This document shows positions 29,679 through 40,483 of a stretch of DNA of 64,000 bases, piece after piece. The stretch's first letter is position 1; the number at the start of each line of letters is the position of its first letter. The DNA is taken from positions 160,001 to 224,000 of the forward strand of contig CAWIEK010000050.1 in NCBI GenBank assembly GCA_963835065.1, given 5' to 3'. The DNA comes from an uncultured Chthonomonadaceae bacterium (lineage in GTDB: Bacteria > Armatimonadota > Chthonomonadetes > Chthonomonadales > Chthonomonadaceae). A program made the translations under genes and the position numbers. The notes under the pieces are model-generated. The model ran no database searches. It saw only the letters and a program-made list of their open reading frames with translations, and had not been told where the DNA came from.

Positions 29679-30440
29679 ATGAGCGATACACACAATGCCG
29701 CGCCGACGCCGAACGCCACGCCTGCGCGCCCTGTCGCCGCGCTTGCGGGCATGGCGGCGGTAGCGGTCGGCACAATGCTGGCGGCAAACAGGGCCAATGC
29801 CCTGACTCTGACCTTTAACGACAACATTCCCGGAACCGGCGACATCAAGGTGCTGAACTACGCGCTGGCGCTGGAAGATTTCGAATCGGCTTTGTATCAG
29901 GCGGCGATTGCCAAACTGCCCTCATTGGGGGCAAGCGCGGGCAATGCCATTTTTGATTACGCGACCAAGTTCGCCGTTGTGGAAGCCGACCACGCGGCGT
30001 TTTTGCGGGGCGCGATTACGGCGGCGGGCGGCACGCCCATCAGCAAGTTCACCTATAATTTCAGCAGCATCACCGGGGCTGCGGATGCCCGCGCCGTTCT
30101 GGAACTGCTGCTGCAAGTGGAAGCAACGGGCGTACGCGCCTACATCGGGGCCGTGCCTTTGTTTTCCTCCAAAAGCGCGTACCTGCAAACGGCAGCCGCC
30201 ATTCAGGGAACCGAAGCCCGCCATACCAGCATCCTGACGATTGTGCGTAATACCCTGTACGCGACCACAACCAACGTTTCCTCCCTGACGCAGGACGGCA
30301 GCGCGATTGTCAATCTGAACTACGACACCATCGGCTACAGCGCGGCCAATCCCAACGAAGGCTACAAGGGCATTGACGTAGCCCTGTCTCCCAACGCCGT
30401 TCTAACCGCCATCGGCCCATTCTTCGTCGCGCCCGCATAA
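29679..30440 (+). CDS. Second ferritin-like domain protein
   Basis: GDIKVLNYALALE, EADH, EATGVRAYIG, EARH; N-terminal hydrophobic signal ending ANA. Confidence 0.85.
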   Translation: MSDTHNAAPTPNATPARPVAALAGMAAVAVGTMLAANRANALTLTFNDNIPGTGDIKVLNYALALEDFESALYQAAIAKLPSLGASAGNAIFDYATKFAVVEADHAAFLRGAITAAGGTPISKFTYNFSSITGAADARAVLELLLQVEATGVRAYIGAVPLFSSKSAYLQTAAAIQGTEARHTSILTIVRNTLYATTTNVSSLTQDGSAIVNLNYDTIGYSAANPNEGYKGIDVALSPNAVLTAIGPFFVAPA

Positions 30441-30472
30441 GGAAGAAAACGACGAAACAAGGAGAGAAAGCC

Positions 30473-31351
30473 ATGCCGGAAGGAGAGGAAGAGCGCGAAC
30501 AGGTGCAGTGGGAGCGGATGCTGCCGCGCGAATTTCGGGCGGCAATGGCGAAACTGCCGGTCGTGTTTTTGCCGTTGGGTACGGTGGAGTGGCATGGGGA
30601 ACACAACGCGCTCGGACTGGATTCACTGAAAGCCCATGCGCTGTGCGTTCTTGCCGCGCGGCAGACGGGCGGCATCGTGCATCCGCCTTTGTATGGCGGC
30701 ATGGGTGGGCTGGATATGCCCGCGACCGTTGTTGTTGAGGAAGAACTGGCGTGGGAAAACTATCTGCTGCGCCCCTGGCTGGAAAAACTCTGCTCTGAGT
30801 TTCAACGCATCGGCTTCAAAGCCATCCTCATGCTGACTGGACACTATGGGCATAATCAGCAAATTGTTGTCCGCGAAACCGCCGCGCGCATGACGCAGCG
30901 GCTGCAAATCCCGGTTTTGGGAACGCCGGAATACTGGCTTGCGCACGATGTGGGGTATCTGGGCGATCACGCGGGTATCGGGGAAACGTCCCTGCTGTGG
31001 CATCTGCATCCCGAACTGGTCGCTATGGAGCGCATCCGCGAAGACCCGGAGTACGGCGCAACAGACAGAATCGAAAAAGGCTCCTCGCCGGAATTAGGGC
31101 AAAAGTACGCGGAGGTTATTGTCGGGCGGCTGTCGCAATTGGCGGCGGCAATGGTAAATTGGGACAGCGCGACGCGGACAGCGTTTGCCCATGCGGAACG
31201 GGCCTTGACGGACGCGCAGGTACGTGGCTGGCGCGAAAACCATGCGTGGGCCGCGTGGAGCGCGATACGGGACAAAGGCCTGACGCAGTACGGAGCCATG
31301 CTGACAACACAGGATTTTGCGGGGATTGAAGCGATGGCGGCGCAGTTGTAA
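30473..31351 (+). CDS. Creatininase family amidohydrolase
   Basis: LPLGTVEWHGEHNALGLD, TGHYG, DHAGIGETS. Confidence 0.88.
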   Translation: MPEGEEEREQVQWERMLPREFRAAMAKLPVVFLPLGTVEWHGEHNALGLDSLKAHALCVLAARQTGGIVHPPLYGGMGGLDMPATVVVEEELAWENYLLRPWLEKLCSEFQRIGFKAILMLTGHYGHNQQIVVRETAARMTQRLQIPVLGTPEYWLAHDVGYLGDHAGIGETSLLWHLHPELVAMERIREDPEYGATDRIEKGSSPELGQKYAEVIVGRLSQLAAAMVNWDSATRTAFAHAERALTDAQVRGWRENHAWAAWSAIRDKGLTQYGAMLTTQDFAGIEAMAAQL

Positions 31352-31513
31352 ATAAGAGGCTTTCGTTTTGTCGAACTCGGCAAAATGGAAGCCTTTTTGT
31401 GCGCGTGAACCGTAGGCAATGTTGGCAGCGTAATAGAAATCAGAGATTGATGTGGAAATCATGTAGGATTGTGGAACAATAGAACGAATTCTCTTGCGGA
31501 AAGTGATGCGAAT

Positions 31514-33034
31514 ATGGAATCTACCGAAGATTTAACGCCCAGTCAGATTGTTGCCGAACTGGACAAATATATTGTGGGACAGAAAAACGCCAAGCGGGCG
31601 GTTGCCGTCGCGCTGCGCAATCGCTATCGCCGCCGCCTGTTGGGGGAAGATTTGCGGGACGAAGTGATTCCCAAAAATATTCTGATGATCGGGCCGACAG
31701 GTGTGGGCAAAACCGAAATCGCGCGGCGATTGGCGCTGCTGGCCCGCGCGCCGTTTATCAAGGTGGAAGCCACGAAGTTTACGGAAGTCGGGTACGTGGG
31801 GCGGGACGTGGATTCAATGGTGCGCGATCTGGTTCAGGTCGCTATTCGGCTGGTGGAAACGGAGCGCGTGGCCGAAGTGCAGGCGGCGGCGGAGGAGCGC
31901 GCCACAAGCCGCATCGTCAACATTTTGCAGCCGGAGCGAACGGGAAGCAGCCGCCGGAGGAATGAGGCCGATTCGCCGGATATGGCCGGCAGCCTGCGCG
32001 ATATGTGGCGGCAGATGTTTCCCAACGCCGGTCCGAACAGCGGGCCGATTGTCGTGGAAGTGAGTCCGGCCCGCGAAATCAAGCCGGAAACGTCCACCCC
32101 GCCCGAAGAGGACGAGGAAGGCAAGGACGCCGCGCGGCGCGAACGCATTCGGGAACGGCTGCGCCCGCAGGTGGCGAGCGGCGCATTGGACGAGCAGGAA
32201 ATCGAAATTTCCGTTGAGGAGAATTCGGGCGTGCCGTTCATGCAGGTGTTTTCCAATCAGGGCATGGACGAAATGAACATGGACATGCAGAACGCGCTGG
32301 GTGGCCTGATACCGCGCAAACAGAAAAAGCGCAAAGTCACGGTGGGAGAAGCCAAAAAAATCTTTACGCAGGAAGAAGCGCAGAATTTGATTGACCGCGA
32401 CAGCCTGACGCGGGAAGCCATTCAGCGCGCCGAGCAAACCGGCATTATCTTTGTGGACGAGATAGACAAGATCGCGGGCGGGCGGCAGGGCGCGGGCGGC
32501 AGCAGCGGGCCGGACGTGTCCCGCGAGGGCGTACAGCGCGACATTCTGCCGATCATCGAAGGCTCCACCATCAACACAAAATACGGGCCGGTGAAAACCG
32601 ACCATATTTTGTTTATCGCGGCGGGCGCGTTCCACGTTTCCAAGCCGTCCGACCTGATTCCCGAATTGCAGGGACGCCTGCCCATCCGCGTGGAACTGGA
32701 AAACCTGACGGAAGCCGATTTCCAGCGCATTTTGACCGAGCCGCGCAATGCCCTGACCCGTCAGTACGTCGCCCTGCTGGCAACCGAAGGCATGACCGTC
32801 ACTTTCACGGACGACGCGATTGCGGAACTGGCGCGGGTTGCGGCGGAAGTGAACCGGCGCAGCGAAAACATCGGCGCGCGCCGCCTGCACACCATTCTGG
32901 AACGCCTGCTGGAAGACGTGTCCTTCGACGCGCCCGACCTGGACGAGAAAACCCTCCACATAGACGCCGCTTACGTCCGCTCCCGTCTGGACGATATTGT
33001 CAAGGACGAGGATTTAAGCCGCTACATTCTTTAA
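31514..33034 (+). CDS. hslU: ATP-dependent protease ATPase subunit HslU (ClpY)
   Basis: [77 protein letters not shown]. Confidence 0.97.
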   Translation: MESTEDLTPSQIVAELDKYIVGQKNAKRAVAVALRNRYRRRLLGEDLRDEVIPKNILMIGPTGVGKTEIARRLALLARAPFIKVEATKFTEVGYVGRDVDSMVRDLVQVAIRLVETERVAEVQAAAEERATSRIVNILQPERTGSSRRRNEADSPDMAGSLRDMWRQMFPNAGPNSGPIVVEVSPAREIKPETSTPPEEDEEGKDAARRERIRERLRPQVASGALDEQEIEISVEENSGVPFMQVFSNQGMDEMNMDMQNALGGLIPRKQKKRKVTVGEAKKIFTQEEAQNLIDRDSLTREAIQRAEQTGIIFVDEIDKIAGGRQGAGGSSGPDVSREGVQRDILPIIEGSTINTKYGPVKTDHILFIAAGAFHVSKPSDLIPELQGRLPIRVELENLTEADFQRILTEPRNALTRQYVALLATEGMTVTFTDDAIAELARVAAEVNRRSENIGARRLHTILERLLEDVSFDAPDLDEKTLHIDAAYVRSRLDDIVKDEDLSRYIL

Positions 33035-33045
33035 GCTGTGGTTTA

Positions 33046-33909
33046 TCACTGATTTAAGCGTTCGCCGTAGCGGTAGCGGTCACGGACTTTGCGATAGAAG
33101 GCGCGGCGGTCAAGGACGATGAGACGGGTCAGGTAGTCGGCGCGGCGGATGAGGATGCGGTCATTCGCCATGAGGGTGAAGGGGTGGATGTTGTCTACAA
33201 GGCACAGGGCGTCGCCGCCGTCCGTATCCAGTTTTACCTCAATCAGTTCATCGCAGGGAACCAGCAGAGGGCGGGCGCTGAGGGTGTGCGGGCAGAGGGC
33301 GGTGATGACCAAGGCCTGCACGGTCGGGCCGACAATGGGGCCGCCGCAGGACAGGGAATAACCCGTAGAGCCTGTTGGCGTGGACACGATTACGCCGTCG
33401 GCGGGAAAGTCGGCAAAGGGGGCGTCGCGCAGAAATGTCTGGAAGTTGAGCAGGTTGGAATGGCTGCCGCGTATCAAAATCTCGTTCAGCCCGACCTCGA
33501 AATACGCGCGTTCCTCATTGCGCCAGATTTCCACCTGCACCATCAGGCGCTCTTCAACGTCCATGTCGCCGTCCAGTATCTTCTCCAGGCAGGCGTAGAG
33601 TTGATCCGGCACGGTGGCGGCCATGAAGCCGAAGCGTCCCATGTGAACGCCTAAAATGGGAACGCCGTGTGGCGCGGCGATATGCGCGGCGGACAGAATG
33701 GTTCCATCCCCGCCCAGAGAGACCATAAAATCTACATCCGCCCACGCGCCATCGGCTTCCGCCAGATCGGGACGTTCCAGGCGGCGCGCGGACTCGGCTT
33801 CCAGCACAACCGCAAGGCCCCGCTCCTGAAGCCAGCCGATCACGTCGGCGGCAAATTCCCAGGCTTCTCGTTTGGTGCGATGCACAATGATGCCGACGCG
33901 ACGGTTCAT
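33046..33909 (-). CDS. nadK: NAD(+) kinase
   Basis: SLGGDGTIL, NE motif, DGVIVSTPTGSTGYSLSCGGPI, CPHTL. Confidence 0.95.
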   Translation of the reverse strand: MNRRVGIIVHRTKREAWEFAADVIGWLQERGLAVVLEAESARRLERPDLAEADGAWADVDFMVSLGGDGTILSAAHIAAPHGVPILGVHMGRFGFMAATVPDQLYACLEKILDGDMDVEERLMVQVEIWRNEERAYFEVGLNEILIRGSHSNLLNFQTFLRDAPFADFPADGVIVSTPTGSTGYSLSCGGPIVGPTVQALVITALCPHTLSARPLLVPCDELIEVKLDTDGGDALCLVDNIHPFTLMANDRILIRRADYLTRLIVLDRRAFYRKVRDRYRYGERLNQ

Positions 33910-33950
33910 AACAATAGCCTTTGTTGTTTCTCGCTGACTTTGCGAGGCGC

Positions 33951-35132
33951 TTACAATTTCACGCGAATGGGTTTGGACTTTTTCACGCTCTTGGTAGACT
34001 GTCCCATCTGCTTCATCTGCTGCTTTACCAGTTCCTGAACGCTCAGGGGCGTACTCATTTTGCCGAAGTCACTAGAGTTGTTGACATCCTGATACAGCGT
34101 GGCTCCCGTCGGCGGCTTGAACACAAATGTGTCCGGCTCCAATCGGGGCGTCAGGGTGAACGTGTTGTCGCAGGTCAGGCGGACGTACATCGGTACGCCG
34201 GGTGGCGCGATGGGATGCGGGTCTTCAAAACCGGGCGCGACATCGGGCTTGATTTGCCCCGGCGTCTCAGTCGGAGCGACGGCGGGATGGGGAATCAAAT
34301 CATCAAGGGGATTGCGCTTGGGCGCGGTCAGTTCATGGACGATGGGCGTGGTTTCCACTACAAGGCGGCGCAGCAAACTCGTTTCAGGATCAATGTAAAA
34401 GCGCAATTCCTGTATTTGCTTGTCCGATTCGGCGCGCAGCAGTACCACGTCGGCGGGTGAGCCGTGTACCGTTCCCACACCCTCATATTTGACGGCATCG
34501 AATTGGCTTTCCACATCGGCAAAGGGCGTTAGTCCCATGAGCATCATCAATTCCAGCGTGGAACTGCCCAGATTGGCGACTTTTTGGAAATCGCGCAGGC
34601 TGCGCGGCGCTTTCGTTTGGGTATACCAGTTCTTGACGGGGTTGTACACGAACAAAATTTTGCCGTCGCTGAGGGTTGTCGCCGTTTTCGGCGGCGTGTC
34701 CGCATCCCCCTCTTCGATCATATCCAGGCGCAAACGATTGCCCGCTACAATCAGCCGAACCGCGCGTCCCGCCGGTTTTTCCACCGGCATACGCGGAAGT
34801 TCATTGCCGATTTTCGATTGCCGATTTTCGATTGCCGATTGCGTTGCTTCTGTTCCCTGTTCCCTGTTCCCTGTTCCCTGTACAGGCGTTTGCAGGCTGT
34901 AAAAGTCGGTTTGCTGGTCGAAGAAGGTGAGGTGGGCATAGGCGTCGCTCATTTGTTTGAGCAGCAGCAGGGCATGGGAATCGTAAGCGGCTTTATGCGT
35001 CGCCCGTAATTCGGAAAGCGATTGCGCGCGCAGCGCGTTCGGGACACAAATCAGCGCTGCGCTACAGGCTGTCAGAGGTAACAAATTGAACGTGGCATGA
35101 AATAACCCGTACTTTTGTTTGCATCTTCGCAT
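33951..35132 (-). CDS. Secreted LolA/DUF2092-like protein
   Basis: Signal peptide ending ALRA; LLKQMSDAY, RLRLD, SDGKILFVY, FYIDPETSLLRR, DTFVFKPPTGA; start uncertain. Confidence 0.6.
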   Translation of the reverse strand: MRRCKQKYGLFHATFNLLPLTACSAALICVPNALRAQSLSELRATHKAAYDSHALLLLKQMSDAYAHLTFFDQQTDFYSLQTPVQGTGNREQGTEATQSAIENRQSKIGNELPRMPVEKPAGRAVRLIVAGNRLRLDMIEEGDADTPPKTATTLSDGKILFVYNPVKNWYTQTKAPRSLRDFQKVANLGSSTLELMMLMGLTPFADVESQFDAVKYEGVGTVHGSPADVVLLRAESDKQIQELRFYIDPETSLLRRLVVETTPIVHELTAPKRNPLDDLIPHPAVAPTETPGQIKPDVAPGFEDPHPIAPPGVPMYVRLTCDNTFTLTPRLEPDTFVFKPPTGATLYQDVNNSSDFGKMSTPLSVQELVKQQMKQMGQSTKSVKKSKPIRVKL

Positions 35133-35150
35133 GGTTCTTACCCTCAACTC

Positions 35151-35735
35151 TCAACTCTCAACTGTATTGACAGTCCAGCGAACATCTTCCACGCCGGCCA
35201 GCTGATTGGCGGCGCGGGCGAGGACAAACAGCAAATCAGACAGGCGATTCAGATAGCGGATCACATCAGGATTGACGGGAGCGGTATCGGCTACGGCGCG
35301 GGCCAGCGTGATCGTTCGGCGTTCGGCGCGGCGGCAGACGGTACGCGCATGGTGCAGGGAAGCGGCGGAAGCGTGTCCCCCCGGCAGAATGAAATAGGTG
35401 AGAAGTGGCAAAGCGTCTTCGTAATGGTCAATTTGCGCTTCCAAGAACGCGACTTGACCTGTGGATACGCGCTGAATCTGGATACGGCCTTTGTTCGCGT
35501 CTTTTTCTTCGGGTGTCGCCAGATCGGAGCCGACGCTGAACAGGTCGTTTTGAATATGCTGGAGCAGGCCGTCCATTGCCGCGTCGGAAACATGGAGGCG
35601 AACCACGCCCAGGAGCGCGTTCAGTTCGTCCACCGCGCCATAGGCTTCTACGCGCAGGTCGTCTTTGTCCACGCGCTGCCCGCCGAACAATCCGGTTTCG
35701 CCGTTATCTCCGCTGCGTGTGTAAATGCGCGTCAT
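35151..35735 (-). CDS. PduO-type ATP:cob(I)alamin adenosyltransferase
   Basis: RIYTRSGDNGETGL, EAYGAVDELNA, FILPGG, ARTVCRRAER, YLNRLSDLLFVLAR. Confidence 0.95.
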   Translation of the reverse strand: MTRIYTRSGDNGETGLFGGQRVDKDDLRVEAYGAVDELNALLGVVRLHVSDAAMDGLLQHIQNDLFSVGSDLATPEEKDANKGRIQIQRVSTGQVAFLEAQIDHYEDALPLLTYFILPGGHASAASLHHARTVCRRAERRTITLARAVADTAPVNPDVIRYLNRLSDLLFVLARAANQLAGVEDVRWTVNTVES

Positions 35736-35908
35736 AAGTGTATCAAGAAAAACGTCAATCGTTAAGACGGTTCAAGCCATTCAAAAACGTTTGCGAAAAC
35801 GGAATGAATGGCTTGAAGGACAGGTACGGAAACAGCAAAACCCCAACAACCCAGGGAATATGAAACAGAGGGCGAGAAACAGCAGATAGGAACCCGTGTT
35901 CCACAGCC

Positions 35909-36172
35909 TTATTTAGTACGGAAGAAATCGGCGTTGGTCTGGATGTAGCCTTCCCACTGCTTGGGAACGTCGCTGTCGGCAAAGATGGCCTCGACGGGAC
36001 ATTCCGGTTCGCACAGGCCGCAGTCAATGCACTCTTCGGGATTGATGAACAGCATATCGAAACTTTGGCCGTTCTTTTCCACAATGCCTTCGTGGATGCA
36101 GTCTACGGGGCAGACGGACACGCACGATTTATCTTTAACGCCAATGCACGGTTCGGTAATCACATACGCCAT
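35909..36172 (-). CDS. Dicluster (7Fe-type) ferredoxin
   Basis: AYVITEPCIGVKDKSCVSVCPVDCI ... ECIDCGLCEPECPVEAIF. Confidence 0.95.
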   Translation of the reverse strand: MAYVITEPCIGVKDKSCVSVCPVDCIHEGIVEKNGQSFDMLFINPEECIDCGLCEPECPVEAIFADSDVPKQWEGYIQTNADFFRTK

Positions 36173-36279
36173 AGTGTGTTCTCCTGCGACGCGGCTGGTA
36201 ACGTTTCACAGAGGCAAGAAATCGGGACGGTATTCTTTTCTTTTGCGCAGCCGCGTTCATTCTAAAAGTGTCCTCACTA

Positions 36280-37137
36280 CTATACCCCAAACTCGGTTGG
36301 TTCGGTTGCCGGAGGCGTGAGAACATCGGCAACTTCTTGTTCCGCCGCTTTGCGGGCGTTATCCGCAGAAATGGATGGCTCCGGTTCCAGCCCGGCAGAA
36401 GTTACCGAGTCAAGTTCCGGCTCTGCTGTTGGCGCGTTTGGCTCCTGTGGAGACGTTTCTGCCGATTTTGAGTGTTTGCGCGGGGGTGGCGGGTCGGCGG
36501 GCGGGTACGGCTTGTTTTCCTGCACGGCTCGCATCAGTACGCCCAAACGTTCCGCGCCCCGCTTCAAGGCTTCGCCGCCTTTTTGCCCGCCGGTGAGTTC
36601 CGCAACCGTGACGGGCGGGCCGAAGCGCACGATCATTTTATGGCGTATCCAGCGCGGCTTGGTTTTGCCATACGGCATGACCACATCGGTTCCAATAATG
36701 ATGGTAGGCACAATGGACACTTTGGCGCGTTCGGCAATCAGCAGCGCGCCGGGCAAAATGGGCTGCAATTGCCCCGTTTCGCTCAAGCGGCCTTCGGGGA
36801 ACATCACTACGCACTCGCCCTTTTCCAGCAGTTCCCCGGCGTAGCGCAAAGCCGCGCGATCTGCTGTATACCGCTTCACCGGAAAGCCGTGCAGCCAGCG
36901 TATCAGTGTGCCGATGTACTTCATTTCAAACAGTTCTTCTTTTGCCATGATGTAGCAGGCGCGGGGCAGGGCCACGCCGATGGCGGTCGGGTCGCAGTCG
37001 CTGATATGGTTGGGCGTGACCATCACGCCGCCTGTCAGGGGAACGTGTTCGCGGCCTTCAAAATAGATACCGCCAAAAATAAAAAAGGCGATCCGCAGCA
37101 ATGTCCACATAATGGGGCGCACAATCCAAAACGGCAT
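36280..37137 (-). CDS. plsC: 1-acyl-sn-glycerol-3-phosphate acyltransferase family
   Basis: NHISDCD (NHxxxxD), MAKEELF, FPVKR, FPEG; GGAG RBS before ATG 37137; low-complexity C-terminal tail. Confidence 0.85.
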   Translation of the reverse strand: MPFWIVRPIMWTLLRIAFFIFGGIYFEGREHVPLTGGVMVTPNHISDCDPTAIGVALPRACYIMAKEELFEMKYIGTLIRWLHGFPVKRYTADRAALRYAGELLEKGECVVMFPEGRLSETGQLQPILPGALLIAERAKVSIVPTIIIGTDVVMPYGKTKPRWIRHKMIVRFGPPVTVAELTGGQKGGEALKRGAERLGVLMRAVQENKPYPPADPPPPRKHSKSAETSPQEPNAPTAEPELDSVTSAGLEPEPSISADNARKAAEQEVADVLTPPATEPTEFGV

Positions 37138-37338
37138 GTCAGGCTCCGGGGAGTAGTTGAGGAAGCAGAAGATGAACGATGAACGATGAATAGGATTTTC
37201 ACTCATCACTCATCATTCATCATTCATCATTTTCCCCTGCCTTCATTCTAGCATATCTGCCTGACGAGCGCATGGGGCAAAAGTCCCAAATTAAAATCGA
37301 ACACCGGCATGGAAGGCAGGTGTACCTCTGTTGTATCC

Positions 37339-37671
37339 TCAAAGATCAACAAGGGCTGTTTTCATCCGGTCTCGCACTTCCTGCCAGTCGTTTTCAGATA
37401 ATTTGCCGATATGCGCGAGGACGTCTGAACGCGGGCATGTATACAGGAAGGAGCGGAAGGCAGAAGGCTGACGCAAACCGGCGCTTGCCCAATCTTGCAG
37501 CAGATAATCGGTTGGTCCGATAGCTGCAGCAACCTGCGTTGTAACCAGCCCTAAAATGTAGTCGGGACGGTTCGCGTGGTAAACATCGGACGAAAGCACA
37601 ACCGCAGGTCTGCGTTTGACATTGACCGCGCCGATAAAATTAGCGACAACCACGTCACCGGGCTTGAGCAT
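37339..37671 (-). CDS. PemK/MazF family toxin
   Basis: KPGDVVVANF, KRRPAVVLSSD, DWASAGLRQPS, IGKLSENDW; GGAGG RBS inside the upstream gene. Confidence 0.88.
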   Translation of the reverse strand: MLKPGDVVVANFIGAVNVKRRPAVVLSSDVYHANRPDYILGLVTTQVAAAIGPTDYLLQDWASAGLRQPSAFRSFLYTCPRSDVLAHIGKLSENDWQEVRDRMKTALVDL

Positions 37672-37918
37672 GAGCAGCATCCTCCGGCAAAGGGTAATCT
37701 TCTTCTTCGGGGTAGATACTATCCAGGTAGCGCGCTGAGTGGGCGGCAGCCTCTTTTACATCTTCCGCTGTCCACGTATCGCTGTATCCTTCTAACCCTG
37801 ACGGGGAGGCAGCAGGCAGAAACTGCGCCACATCCTCCAATAACATGGCGGCAAGTCGTAAGCGCAACGCGGGTGACATTTGCTGTGCAAGCGAATACGT
37901 TTCTTCCAGAGTAGGCAT
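37655..37918 (-). CDS. Putative antitoxin of the PemK/MazF pair
   Basis: 87-aa acidic ORF with AGGAG RBS directly upstream of, and overlapping, the toxin gene. Confidence 0.7.
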   Translation of the reverse strand: MPTLEETYSLAQQMSPALRLRLAAMLLEDVAQFLPAASPSGLEGYSDTWTAEDVKEAAAHSARYLDSIYPEEEDYPLPEDAAHAQAR

Positions 37919-38559
37919 TGATGGTTTCTCCTGTAATAGTATACACTACAGCATGTCAACTGTACCTGTGCTTTAGTGCCTGTAAGTTCTTTAACATCCC
38001 GCGCGTAGGAACACACCCTGTTTCGCCCGCTGGGAAGTGCTAGATGTCCAGACGCGAAGCAATCACCCCTCACCTTTCCCCACACGCCGCTGACAGCAAC
38101 CATCCAGCAACCCTCCCGCAAAATAATCCAGCAAAAAAGAGCAAAATAAAGTGAAAAAAGTGAACCCTTTGCCCCATACAGCGTCTAATCGTAAAATACA
38201 GATGTCTACTATTTAGGCACTAGATACGCAGGAAGGGAGGTGCAGAGCCTATGTCCCACCCCTCCCGTTCGCCCTGACGCTTACGAGGTCACGACGCCTC
38301 TCTCCTACAATTTGACACAACGAGACATCGGGCTGGAAGCGCTGTATTGCCAAGATTTCGACGATGACTCTACATACTCTTTTTTCACCTGTCGCTCTGT
38401 CCAATACGCTTGCAGGACTTCCCGATTGCAAAGGGTGGGCTTGCCGCTGTCTGGGGAAATTACAGATTTATGAACCTTTAGGCGCATTGACTCCGACACG
38501 GACAACAGGTACAATCGGCAAGTGAAAAGGAAGAGAGCGCTAGAGGGGAGTTACTGCCT

Positions 38560-40391
38560 GTGGTTTGCTGTTTTAACTGGAAGCGGTTTCGCGCCGCTTG
38601 CCCTAAAAAGAAAAGTTCTTTGCGGTTTCCCGGCATCCGGTCTGCTGTGTGCGCGGGATTTTTGCTGTTCGGTTCTCCATTTGTTTGGGCGCAGGGGTTG
38701 CCGGACCTTGCGCGTAACGCCAATCTCGCTATGGGGGCGCAGGGGCGGCTGATGTGGGTGGACGGCACGGCCAATGTCACGCGGACGAAGGTCGAAAATG
38801 GGCAGACGCGGGTTGTGGATTATACGACCACCAGAGAAGGCGTTGCCGAGATCGTGCGGCGGTGCAAGGCGGCGCATATCAATACCATTGTCGTGGATGT
38901 GAAGCCGCTTTCGGGGCAGGTGCTTGTATCGGAGCAAGACTACGCCGCGCATGACGACGTGGCGCGGGCATCCGGTTCCCGACTTCGACGTGCTGGCCGC
39001 GTTTATTGAGGAAGGCCACAAAGCGGGCCTGCAAATAGACGCCTGCATCAATACCCTGAGCGAAGGCCACAAGTATTTCAGCGCGGGACTGGCGTATCAG
39101 CATCCCGACTGGCAAAGCGTGGTTTATACCATTGACCGGGGCATGACTATGCCGGGGGGCGCGAGGCTTTCCATTCGCGCACCCGGCGAACCCGACGATG
39201 CCGCCAAGCCCACGCTGCTCGCGGGCGGCAAATCCATTGTCGCCGACGAGCCGAGCGGCCTGACGGGTTTGGAAGGGCCGGATGTGGACGATGAGCCGAG
39301 CGGCACAACCGTCGGGCAGCAGATAAACGTCGTTGTGGACGGCAACAGCCGCATCGCGGGCACTGGTGGACAGCGCGCTTTTGGGCGACGACCCGCTGGT
39401 TTCTCCCTCCGGCGGGCGGCTGATTACGGCAACGCGGGACAGTGACCGCGAATGGCTGGGGCGCAATGTAAAGCCCGGACAAACGGTACGCTTCGACATG
39501 CGAACCGGCCTGACGCCCATTGTGCAGGCTCCGAGTGAAAAGGTGTCGTGCTTCGTCAGTCCCCTGCACCCCGACGCGCGCCGGCACGAACTGGACGTGG
39601 TGCGCGAACTCGTCACGGGTTACGATATTGACGGCCTGGTTCTGGATCGCTGCCGTTACAGCAACCTGTACAACGATTTCAGTGACCGAAGCCGCGCCGC
39701 TTTCGAGCAGGCCATCCAAAAGCCTGTTGCGCGCTGGCCGCAGGATGTTTTCGCGTTTTCACCGACACCCGGCGGCGACATTATCAAGGGGCCGCTGTAC
39801 AAGCCCTGGCTGGAATTCCGCGCCCGCGTAATTCGGGATTTTGTGGCGGAAATCGCCCGTACCGCCCGTTCGCTCAAACCCGGCCTTATCCTCGGAACGT
39901 ATGTCGGCTCGTGGTATCCCTCCTATTATCAAGTGGGCGTGAATTGGGGCAGCGACAAAACCAATCTGCGCTACTCGTGGTTTACGCCCGACTATCCGCG
40001 CACGGGCTACGCCGAGTTCTTCGACTGGATTTCCACGGGCTGCTATTATCCCGTCGCCACTCGAACGGATGCGCGGCAGGAAGGGTTGAGCGACCGGGGA
40101 ACGGTGGAGTACGCGGCGGAACTGTCCAATCAGGCGGTAGCCAACGGCGCGTTCGTGTACCCTGGCGTGTACGTGCCCGATTTTGCCAACCGTCCCGAAG
40201 TATTTATTCGCGCGCTGGAAGCGGCGGGCAAGCAGGGGCAGGGCTGGATGATCTTCGACCTGTCCTACATTGACCAGTACAACTGGTGGCCCCTGCTGGA
40301 AAAAGCCTTCAGCAAGGAAGTTCCCACGCCGGACCGTATGCCCGGCGTCCTCAGCGCCGTCCGCAGCGCAATGGACGCGGCGAAGCAGTAA
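38560..40391 (+). CDS. Glycosyl hydrolase-like family 10 (DUF187/YddW-like) protein; frameshifts near 38925 and 39360
   Basis: INTIVVDVKPLSG, FDVLAAFIEEGHKAGL, YDIDGLVLDRCRY, WLEFRA, GWMIFD across three frames. Confidence 0.78.
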
Positions 40392-40417
40392 GCCCATACC
40401 GCGCAGCAAGCGCAGCG

Positions 40418-40463
40418 CAACGCCCGGAGCGATTCATCACAGTGAGAATCGCTCCGGGCGTTG
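40418..40463. terminator. Long hairpin between convergent genes
   Basis: CAACGCCCGGAGCGATTC-N10-GAATCGCTCCGGGCGTTG perfect 18-bp inverted repeat. Confidence 0.6.
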
Positions 40464-40483
40464 ATACGACTGGTTTCAGAGGG

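Noticed and set aside
37339..37918. TA pair as a sign of a prophage or integrative element
   Set aside because: No integrase, att sites or phage genes nearby; isolated chromosomal TA modules are ordinary.
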